Shown here piece by piece: positions 25,506-35,818 of a stretch of DNA of 64,000 nucleotides (within the stretch, counting starts at the first letter, position 1; each line of letters starts with the position of its first letter). Source of the stretch: Nageia nagi (lineage: Eukaryota; Plantae; Pinophyta). Position numbers and translations under genes: made by a program. Where the stretch lies: assembly GCA_050084985.1 (NCBI GenBank), contig JBITNC010000001.1:164548001-164612000 (forward strand), written 5' to 3'. Below the pieces are notes generated by a model. The model did not search any database, was not told the origin of the DNA, and saw only the letters and a list, made by a program, of their open reading frames with translations.

Positions 25506-26293
25506 ACTTCATATTCCATTCTATCTTGTAGTCCTTTCTTCAATATAGAAATGATTTCACTTTATCCACTTGTGTTGTATACTTAAAACTTAAATTGTAA
25601 TATAATAATTTGAAACTTCGTAACTAAACATTGGTTATACTACATGATGGGGGACAATTGAATAATGGAGGTGAAAACCAAGCACAACAGAAACCATTTA
25701 ACACCTCAATATGGAGTTTCTCAAAAATTTATAGGTTGTTAATAAACTAAAGCAGTTGACTAGATAAGAGTAATGGAAAAAGTTTCCTTATTTAGTTAAC
25801 AAGCTTGAAGCAACATATTGCTTTCAAAGGAGGGGTGACTAGTTTGGGTGTCAAATTGATTTGCAAAGCTATGTGAAAGATTTATTAGGTTTATATGAGC
25901 TCTCTTCCCTTTAGCTACCCTCAGCCCAATTGACGACTGACCTCCTTCGCTCTCCCTGTTCTTCGAGGTTACCTCCTCCACACATGTTCCTCACCTTGGT
26001 GTCCAAATAATCTTTTGTGACAAACTTGAAAATCATACGAAAAAGACCTTGGTGGAGGGGATCCACATCCCGTCCCTTCTGAACATCCTCTACTGCTTTA
26101 CATTGAATAATTGCATCTATTTTAAAAAATCTATAGTTTTTTTTAGAAAATCTATTTTGGGCATATCATTTGATCATTGGATTCCATGATTTGCATTTTC
26201 TGTGTTATGCTTTGCTAAGTAGTGCACGACTACTTGTGTATATATCTATTTTGTGCATAACTTACGTTCGTTGCATTTTGTGAAACTACATTC

Positions 26294-29070
26294 TGTTGGG
26301 TAGTTTTTCTTTTCTACCTTGCAAATAGACAAATTAGTTGCAAGGCCAACAAAGTTGCCAACACCTAGGTGGAAGGGCGTTACCCCTACCCATTATGAGG
26401 ATTGGTTACCTCAAAGGTCTCGTGAAATGGTTGTGCAAGAATGAGGCTCAGGAGACTAGTTAGTATGTTTGAAGCTGCTACTAACTCAAATAAAATTTGT
26501 TAACCAAGGGCTCGGATTGTCTTCATATTTGGACAAGGGTTGTTTCTCAAAACAAAACAAGTAAAAAAGCCACAAAACATAAGTGTAAAATAAAAGAAAA
26601 ATAGGAGGGAAGATTGAAAATAGCTAGGGGAACACGAGTTCAACTATTTACATCAAGCTCCACTGATGAGTACAATGCATGAATGCTAAGTTCTTTCGGG
26701 TTTGTTGTGAGTTCCATGCATCCACACATCTCTCATTCTAGCCAAACAACACAAAGGGTCAAGAAGAAGGATATATCCACTTACACTAAGCAACAACATG
26801 AGTGAACTAGTGAAGGGAGCATGTGTCTAATGGAGCACAAGGATGACACTTCCAATATGTGGATCAAGTTCTCACGCTAAACGTCACAAGGGAACCCACT
26901 TTTAGAGTTATACAAGTCTAGTTGCTTACTATGAACAATCATTAACTATGTATCACATTCAACACGTTGAAAAGATATTCAACCACTCTTTCACCCACCC
27001 CTCAAGAGGTTTGTGAAATATTCCAAGCATCTAGGCAACACACATCAATGACAACATTACATGCCCAAGCTCATAGTAACATATAAATGGAGTCGTGCAA
27101 TTTCATTCAAAAGATCATGCCACATTCACAATAGACAAGTATTGGATAGACAAAATTAGTCTACTCATCTAGTTACAAATGTTCATGTCCAAGTTTCAAA
27201 ATTCCATCCCCTTTAAAATGAGCATTTAAGGGGTATAAATAGTTTTTCATGGCAACCTTAAGTGTTGCCTTAACCCTTGTGCGGAGTTGGAGAAAAATAA
27301 AAGTGGTCCAATGAAAATTCGCCACATGGTGTTACAAGATTTATTCCAGCATTTGTGGGAGCAAATCCTCATTTGTCACAAGGTTGAACCAAATTTAAAA
27401 GGTCTTTGAAATCCAAATTTAAAATAAACTGCAATAATAAAATAAAATAAAATTGTTGTAACTGCAACACCACACCTCTATGCTCTTCAGGTGCACTTGG
27501 ACTTGTGCATCTTCCTTGCCTTTGCAACACTTGACTTGACTTGTTCACCTTTTGGCACTTGCGAGGGCAATCTAGTAGCCTGCATACATCACTAGGATGA
27601 TCTTGGATCTTGTCTTTGAAATATGGCCATCTTGGGCGCATGCTTCTTTCACTCAAAATCTTCGTGACTTTCCCTTCTCTTAGGCCTAGGCTCCTCTAGA
27701 TTTCACCTCAAATGCTTCCTGAAGCCTCTCCAAACTTAGAGCATGCCAAAAAATGTCTAGATTTTGTGTTTTTTTATGGTGTGAAAGACTTGCATTAATT
27801 GCTTGAACTTGGAGCATGCTTCAAAAACACAAGATTTTGTCTTTTTTTTCGTTGTGCCCATCTTGCCAGTTGTCCCAACTCGAGCGCATGCCAGAAGAAG
27901 ACAAGATTTTGTCTTTTGGAATCATGTGCTTGCCGTCTTGGACCTGCTTGTGTTAGACGTTGGTTTCGAGGTCGTCTAGACCTCCTCCTGGGCTAGGCTT
28001 ATGCTACAAAAAGTCAAGATTTTGTCTTTTTGAAGCATGCGGTCAATTGAGAGCCACATGCCCTTCGCACACATGTCATCTTGGCTCTTCGACTTGCCCA
28101 CTTTGACCTCGCATCATTCGGATTTGTCTTTTCTAATGCTTAAGGTTGCTAGATTTCACCTTCGAACAGCTCTAGAAGTCCTTGCAAGCCAGGCGCATGG
28201 TCCATAAAGACAAGATTTTGTCTTTTGAAATCATGAGATCAACTCTCTAGACATGCCAACTTGAGCGCATGTTCCAGAAAAGACAAGATTTTATCTTTTG
28301 AAATCATGCATTGGGTTGTTCTTGCCCAGTTTGACTTGTTTCGGGTCATTAGCAAGTGGGACTTCGCCAGATTTTCACATTTTTCTGGAATTGATGTCTC
28401 CTTGGGCTAGGCACATGCCACAAAAGAGAAGATTTTGTCTTTTCAAACCATGTGCATGCCCTCTTTATCATGCCTGAGCTGAGTCTAGCTTCGAAGTTCC
28501 ATGCCTTAGTCAATTTTCAATTTGAGCCCAGTCTGGATGTCTTCCTGCTTTGAGCGCATGCTCCCAAAAGACAAGATTTTGTCTTTTTGAGGGATGCACT
28601 TAACCCTGGAGTGCTTTAACTTTGCTTTCTCATCTTCAGGTTCATCTTGAGTGGCTTCCTGGTTTGAGTGCATGCTTCCAAAAGACAAAATTTTGTTTTT
28701 TTTGAAGCATGTGCTTGGCTCGAAATGCATCATGGTTGCCTCTTTTATTCTTCGACTCGACTAAGCGGCTTGTGGACCTAGACGCATGCCCCAATGCAGT
28801 GGACCTTGGGGTGGCTTAGCTTCGCTTGACTCGGCTTGGACTTGACCTGGATTCCCCTACTTGGCTTAAACTCGACTTATGGTTTCTAGACTGTCATTTT
28901 TTTTTGAAGATTTTAAGCTTTGTTTGGACATGGCTACGATTGGGTGAATGACGATACTTTTGGCTTGGGATGATATACATAATAACCAGATAGTTGAAGT
29001 GACAAAAACATGACCTTATGTGGACCAGAGTTGTTGAGGGTCCTCAAAATCGTAGGATTTTGGGGCAACA
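26294..29070 (-). mobile_element. Giant solo LTR E3 (~2.8 kb)
   Basis: Inverted termini TGTTG...CAACA; TSD cattc (26289-26293) / ccttc (29071-29075). Blocks shared with E2: TGAGGATTTGCTCCCACAA (27353-27371), the TATA block (~27210-27250) and the 3' end gaaaaactacccaaca. Confidence 0.8.
27739..28716. repeat. Array of ~9 palindromic repeats in E3 (GCGCATG-N5-AAAAGACAAGATTTTGTCTTTT-N5-CATGyGC)
   Basis: Copies near 27739, 27812, 27882, 27997, 28192, 28263, 28410, 28552 and 28666, with non-identical spacers. Confidence 0.85.
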
Positions 29071-29511
29071 CCTTCCAAAGAGAGATGTTGTCAAACAATT
29101 GATAGGTTTTTTGTACATTGCTACTACCTTTATAATGTTCACTACCATCATCGTCCTACTTACTACCAACATCATTGCTATATTTTGTAAAGAGGGATGC
29201 TTTGACTAGGATCAAATTTGACGGGTAAACCAAAATTTCAATTGAAAGATTTAATTTTTTTGTCACCCTTCATAGTTGATAGGGAAAAAATGTTTCTGCA
29301 TTTCAATTGAATTTTTTTTATTCACTTTGACTTTTAGATAAAATATTATAATATTCAATTTTATATATAATAAATTATGTGAAAGTAATATTAGTTTTAA
29401 ATCTATAATGTAGAAGAAAAAAAATGGTTGGATAAGAATCGAACCCCGAATCTCAAACAATCAATCCATCTAATCCAACATTAGGTATTTGGGGGGCTCA
29501 ATTCACTTAAG

Positions 29512-29640
29512 TGCCAACATGGGGGTCATAATCATATGATATGCCAACATGGGGGTCATAATCCATGCCAACGTGGGGTCCCTAGCACTTAGAGTGCCAA
29601 CGTGGGGGTCTTGGAGCTCGAATAAGCCAACGTGGGGGTA
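29512..29640 (+). repeat. Five copies of GCCAACrTGGGG(G)Tm within an LTR remnant
   Basis: Motif at ~29513, 29543, 29567, 29595 and 29626. Downstream ggggacatcaCA at 29922 is an LTR-type terminus. Confidence 0.7.
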
Positions 29641-32009
29641 TGAGGCCCTCCCCATTGTGGTGCTAGCATGCTAATAGCCGTCCGATTCACAAATGCATAA
29701 ACATACCTTGGGATTCCGACAATTGAGGATCTCCAATACAAAACATGCCTATTCTACTACTCAGGACGGAGACGTCCCACTTGGGGCTCACAGTGGGGTC
29801 CACATGACCCATTAAACTCCTATCTTGAGTTACACAATGCAAATGCAAATGCAAATATAGTAAGTAGATATAGTACAGGATGACCCAATGGGTCCCATCA
29901 AAAGTACAAGGGGGACATCACAATCATCTTTGTGATTTGTATAGACTTTGGTTCCAATTGAAACATATGCCCGATACCCTTACGAAGTTACAAACAACAT
30001 GCAATACCTCCTTCCCTGCTTTTTCAAGCACCTTATAGTACTCCAAACTCCTCACCTTGAGATTCCTAGCTCATATATACATACTAATAATGGTAGTAAC
30101 TTGACTTTTTCAAATCTCATAACCCCTTTACCAAGCGGATTGCATGTAGGATGATCTCTGTTCGCCCCCATAGGAAGTGAAAGCTCCATAACACATTAAT
30201 CCAACTTGAGGTAAACCTTGGTCACAAAATGGCTGGAGGAATCAATATTGGAGGAGATACTAATAGCACTCTTGCCCATCTTCTTATGATGCTTTTTTGC
30301 ATTTTTGTCCACTCCACCATATTTGGACATGCATGACAACTTCTATGCCTTCACATGGAGTTGGGACTTTTCAACAATGGGTTTCTTCCTAGCAACAAGC
30401 TTCTTAGTTGCTTTGAAATCCATCAAATTTGTAACAAGGATAAAATTCCCACAGATTGAATTGTATTTTTAAGAAAAATATATAAAGAAGAATTGTTGTT
30501 CAACTATTGGTTTATTGCATTTAGCATGAATTGGCAACGTATCTCAATCGTATCTGGAGCTTCATGTACAAAACTGTTGAATTTGGGATTAATGTATATT
30601 TGCTTTTATCACCTCATTAAAAAATATTATTGCCACATTTTAAGTCACCCTTCAATTGAAATTTTGAAAATTATTTTAACATTTATTATTGACGGACAAT
30701 GTAAATTTTTGTTTTTCAAATGAAAGGTAAATTTGAAAGTCCTATGAGGGATAAAATGATCTGTGAAGGGTGTTGACAATTTCAAATTTGAGCCTTGTAT
30801 GATATATTTTTCGTAATTATAATTTGAGATCACAAGAGGAAAATTGATGAAAAGACACAAACCAAGGACATCATGGATTGCAAACCTCGAATAATAATAC
30901 GAGGGGCCTTATACTAGTGAAAAATTGTCTGACTTCACAAAAGTGACTTGACTTTAGATAACAAAGATTAACTTAAATAAATCTTAAGGTCAAAATAAGT
31001 AGAAAATGAAAACTCATATATATCATATTGAAATTTATGCTAGATTAGACTTCGACACCAATTTTGCCCCATACAAAAGATGGTAAGGAACGCACATGAC
31101 AATGCAGATTGGGAGTGGCTAGAGGCGGTTGGCTTTGCAAGGGTCGCACAAATGAATAGGATAGTGAGCGATATATTGTATTTAACGACATTGTCTTAGT
31201 TTTGGGATGCGAATCATTGCACATTTCAGTTCCCCACAGGGAGATGTCCATCACCCTCGAGGACATATAAAGGATTTTTAGGATCCCCATTGAGGGGGAG
31301 AGCATCGCAATCGGGCACAAAGACTTGTCACAAATTGTCAAAAAAGATTGGTGGACAATGGATGTGAGAGGAGGCACAACAGAATACAAGGAATTATACA
31401 AAACAAAACGGATAGGGAGGAGAGAAACAATAGCTATGTGCTTGATTTCTAGCTTCGTACTATTGGATTACTATTCAACCAAGTTCCGTTTGAACATGCT
31501 CGAGGTAGCAGTGTCCATGGTACAACAGAGGACAATATTTGCATGGGGATCAGCCCTTCTTCAACAGACATTTGCTATAGTTTCTTGAACTTAGGAATGT
31601 ATTTGTGAAGTTTTTCATTAGGTCCTTGTCAGATATTCCATGTGTTCTAGAGAATCCAATGCTATGCAAAGAAGAATCAAGCTACATTTGTAGTTTGTAG
31701 TCTACCTCTATTTTTGGTGGCAAACCACTTGGCTTTTGGAACAACTATAAATATTTTATTTAATTGACCAGTTTGTTAGGTGTCTTGTTTGTTTCCAAAT
31801 GCATCTTGCTTGATGGGATTCTACTTCAATTTTCTCCCCTTCTTGCTTTGGTATGAAGAACAATGTAAATATCTTGCCTTGAATTGATCAACTTCTTTGC
31901 TTGACCAAAATGTGATAAATTCTCTCTTACCTTGGTATTCATTGATGATGTATGACTTGCCCTCTTTATTCAAGTGATACTTGTGCTCTTTTATTAGTAA
32001 GATAGCATC

Positions 32010-32823
32010 CCTGTTTGGCCAATCGGGGAATCCGGATGTTCCTTGGCTATTCTCGGGGACGACCACCCGTTCCCTAGCCGGTCCTGATTTGAGGGACGAT
32101 CTGGGGATGTTTCTCCAACACTGGGGGATGTTCCGGGAACGTCACCTAGCCGTTCCCCAAAAAGGGAATGGTTGGGAAATGTTTTCCCAGGCGTTCCCAA
32201 GTTCCCAAAATGCGGGAACGGCTCCTCCAGCAAAAGGAACATGTTGACACCAATGAGTACTGGTGGGTTTCTGGAGAGTACCTGATTGGAATTTCCATGG
32301 TTACTCGACGATTACTCAAGAACCTCCAAAACAAAGTCTGATTTCTAGAAATAAATAGTAAAAAACTTGTGCTCCTTCAAAAATTTCTTCTAGGCGAGCT
32401 TCGATATCATCAAACTACAATGTGGCCTCCTTCATGGCCTGGGATTGGAACCTGTGACCTTCCAAAGGGAGACCAAGGGACATTACCACTACACCAATGC
32501 CTCCTGACTTTTTTTTATAGTTTCCTCTCTTTGGCTTGTGCTCTATTTTGATTATTATAGGATAATAATATTAAGAATAATTTTATTATCACATGATAAG
32601 CGTGATTAAATTTTTTCATTAGTTATTTTTATTTTAGCATTGTTAAATTGATTTTGGTGCTTTATAATTTCGTATTTGAATATCTTTTTGTATATCTTTT
32701 TCATGTAATGTTCAAGGTTTTGTTTGCCGAGTTTTTTGGTTGAACTTTTGCCAAGTACTCTTCAAGTTGCCAAGTATTCTTCAAGTTGCCAAGTAGTTCC
32801 CAAGTCCGAGTTTTCCAACAATG
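32010..32823. mobile_element. hAT/MITE-like remnants
   Basis: Dense GGGAAC/GTTCCC/GGGGAC subterminal repeats at 32020-32240 ending ...ggaacatg. A second segment with ccaagt repeats ends ccgagttttccaacaatg. No TSD found. Confidence 0.5.
32433..32500 (-). pseudogene. tRNA-derived sequence (Pol III A/B boxes)
   Basis: Minus strand GCATTGGTGTAGTGGTAA...CAGGTTCCAATCCCAGGCCATG has A box TGGTGTAGTGG and B box GGTTCCAATCC. The acceptor and anticodon arms are degenerate. Confidence 0.5.
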
Positions 32824-32827
32824 GTGA

Positions 32828-34603
32828 GAACCACTCATATAGGAATCTTGTGTGAGTTATGTAAAAAGTTGTAATAGTTGTGAGTTCCTTGTGTAGAATC
32901 TGTTAGGCAAAATGAAGACAGCTGAGTTGGTTGCACTATTGTAAGTATAAATATGTTTACCTAGTTAATGTAATTTGTTCAGCTTCTTGGTTGTTCTGAT
33001 ATGGTATTAGAGCAAGATCATACTTCAGCAATAGCAAAATTGAACTTGTAGAGGAAGTGTGGATAGACGACCTCCTCAAAGTCAGGAGGTGGTAGTAGAT
33101 GTTGTGACATTTTCTTTCTTGTATGATGTGACACGCTTTCAATTAATTCTGTAATTGCCTTCACACAATCTGAAAGGGATATCACAAGTTGCACCAACAC
33201 TCCTAACAGGATGTTGATGTGTTTGGTGCTATAATGATAATGTGGAGATGATAGCAAACAACTTTTGTAAATTGAGATATCTTGCTTTGAGCTATAATAT
33301 TGCCAAAACTCCCCAGTAATTATATATGCTCTAAGCTGGAGTCTCTCTCTCTCTTGTGGACCATCTACAATTCCGAATGAGGTGAATTATTTGGAGCTTA
33401 GTAGTCCCAACTTGAAGAATATTTATATAGAGGAACTGAGCTTGAATGGGTCTTAACAGCATCTGGAGGAGACAGAAATACACAAGGCAAAGAGGGGCTT
33501 GATTGCCCAGACAAGTTTTCCTGTGGACATATTAGATTAGATGCTTTAGTCCTTATTAGGAGACTGACTTGTGACTGAAACCTTGAGACATGAGGCATAT
33601 CTGTTCGAATGAACTCTTGAAAGTTGGTCTTGGGTGTGAGGCATTTTTGGTGGAATGAACTCTTGAGAGTTGGTCTTGGTGTGAGGTAAATGAATCAGCA
33701 GGGAAGAAAATATCAAGGCATGATAGGCTTCCACATGAACCTAACCAAGAAAGACACATAAATGTTAGATATGCTGGTGCTGATTGGATACAACTCTTTC
33801 AAGTTGGTTCTTATTTTTTGATTGCGTGATGTTCTTTTTATCACTTTCTGTTGTGTTGATGTGGGGGATTAAGGAGCCCATACTTTTATTTTTGAAGGTT
33901 TTATATATAAATAAAATAAACAATACAAAATTAACTTACATATTTGGAATGCATGATTGGTGAGCAAAGATCGAATGGATAAGTTAAGGCCCAACTTAAG
34001 GTGAATGGATGAGTTTGTCTCCATTCATAAAATGGTGTATACTGTATATCAGTAAAACTTAGTTGAATTTATCGATTGTGACTGAATGTGTGTGTCCCCA
34101 ATTACAATTGTTAATTATTTATACTTAGTTCAATTTATCGATTGTGATTGGATGTGTGTGTCCCTGGTCATGCTGTTTCTATATATTCTGAAGGCTTAAG
34201 AGACTCCATAAATCTGGGCAAATTGAATTTGAATAGAGAGACAAATTGTTTCTACTTGAGATCCAAGTGAGGGATATCACATAAACATTCTGATTGATCC
34301 AAGTTCTCAAAAGAACTTGATAGCAGAAAGTATGGGGCTTAGGCTCTAAAACATCCTTAACCATATAAATTTAATTGGTTGCAAATGGCAAATAAGAAAT
34401 GACAAGAATTCAGAAATTTAGATTTGCTATTATTGGAACAGCCTTAAGGCTGAACAAATTACATTAACCTGGTAAACATATTTATACCTGCAATAGTGCA
34501 ACCAACTCAGTTCTCTTCATTTGCCTAAAAAACTCTACATGGGACACTCACAGCTATAACAACTTTCTATACAGCTCACACAAGATTCCTATGTGAGTAG
34601 TTC
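32828..34603. repeat. Inverted repeat pair A (32828-32983) / A' (34449-34603)
   Basis: tgagttggttgcactattg...tttacc..gttaatgtaatttgttcagc is the reverse complement of gctgaacaaattacattaac..ggtaaacat...caatagtgcaaccaactcag. Confidence 0.9.
33607..33687 (+). repeat. ~46-bp tandem duplication
   Basis: gaatgaactcttga-agttggtcttgg-tgtgagg occurs twice. Confidence 0.85.
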
Positions 34604-35059
34604 CAACTTCCTCGAACGGCTTACTTTGTCTTTACCTTGTCACATCATATGATGTAATAAACCTTAACATTACATCGTGATCCAAACATGGGTAGGGTAC
34701 TAGGGATACAACAATACAATTAACTATATGATGAATTAGGACATAATAATAGTTCATCGAGTACACGCAGGGCACAAATAGGGACACACACATCTATTAG
34801 CAAGAAGTAATATTGGAAATAACTTCACTATGCTTCTTTAGTGGAATGGCCTCACTTCTATTGACAATAGTTATGATCAGGGACACACACATGCAATCAT
34901 AAACTATCAACAATTGTGATTGGGGACACACACATCCAATCACAATCTATAAATTGAACTAAGTTTTACTGATATACACCATTTTCTGAATGGAGACAAA
35001 CTCATCCATTCACCTTAAATTCAGCATGACCTTTCACTCGTCCATTCGATCTTTGATCA
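33961..35059. repeat. Inverted repeat pair B (33961-34171) / B' (34873-35059)
   Basis: aaggtgaatggatgagtttgtctccattca is the reverse complement of tgaatggagacaaactcatccattcacctt; flanking blocks also match. Confidence 0.9.
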
Positions 35060-35458
35060 TCTGTGACTCACAAAGGATCTTCAAAATCCCAATCATTAAA
35101 TGCACATTGAATGTTGTTATAAAATACTTATCTCCCCCAAAGTGAACTATTCACTTGCACAAATAAGTTTTATGGTTATGATTAAATTTTCACATAGCTC
35201 TCCCAACCAAATTAAATCATGTGTAGACATTGATTTTGGCAAAGGATATAGCTTTCTCGCTAAAATAGGCTGTGGATGTTGGAGACTTCTGTTCCCTTGA
35301 ACAAAGGGTCTTTTAGAGGCCAAAAAAGAGCAATAGAACCAAAAATATCTAAGCTAGAAAGAAAAATGAGAATTAAGCATAATACAAAATATGTCATGTT
35401 TCCATACGAACCCATTTTATTTGCTTCATTTGATAGATTTTACTAATTAAGATTAACT

Positions 35459-35818
35459 AAGCATAATCTAAAATATGTGATGTTCCTGATTTGATAGATG
35501 TTACCATGACTATTATTGAATTTCTCAACCTTTTGGGACACTAACTTAACCCCATCATAAATTAAATGGAATAAAGGTCTTTGAACCCATGCAGAATAAT
35601 GGTTTTAAAATATTTAGATTTTTGTATAGTTTTAAAAGCATAATATAAAATATGTGATGTTACTGATTTGATAGATGTTACTATGCCTATTATTGAATTT
35701 CTCAAGTACACTAACTTTACCCTATCATAAAGTAAATGGAATAAAGGTCTTTGAACCCATGCAAAATAATTGTTATAAATATTTAGACTTTTGAATAGTT
35801 TTAAAACTATTCAAAAGT
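35459..35818 (+). repeat. ~177-bp tandem duplication ending in a perfect 32-bp palindrome
   Basis: Units start aagcataat at 35459 and 35636 (a partial one at 35376). 35787-35818 reads acttttgaatagtttt|aaaactattcaaaagt. Confidence 0.9.

Noticed and set aside
26075-26081. Alternative left boundary of E3 (perfect ccttc followed by TG at 26080)
   Set aside because: The end at 26294 has the TGTTG/CAACA terminal inverted repeat, a 4/5 TSD and aligns with the end of E2. The 26080 match is probably chance.
27739-28716. CRISPR array
   Set aside because: Eukaryotic LTR context, no cas genes, degenerate repeats, and spacers of irregular length that partly resemble each other. It is an LTR-internal repeat array.
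32433-32500. Functional tRNA gene
   Set aside because: The acceptor and anticodon stems do not pair properly, and it lies within a repeat. Kept only as tRNA-derived.
33018-33257. Copia RNase H fragment (SPHYHYSTKHINI; also NPSFHARF at ~2330-2360)
   Set aside because: Only a few residues resemble NPVFHxRTKHI, with no supporting flanking motifs. Too weak to annotate.
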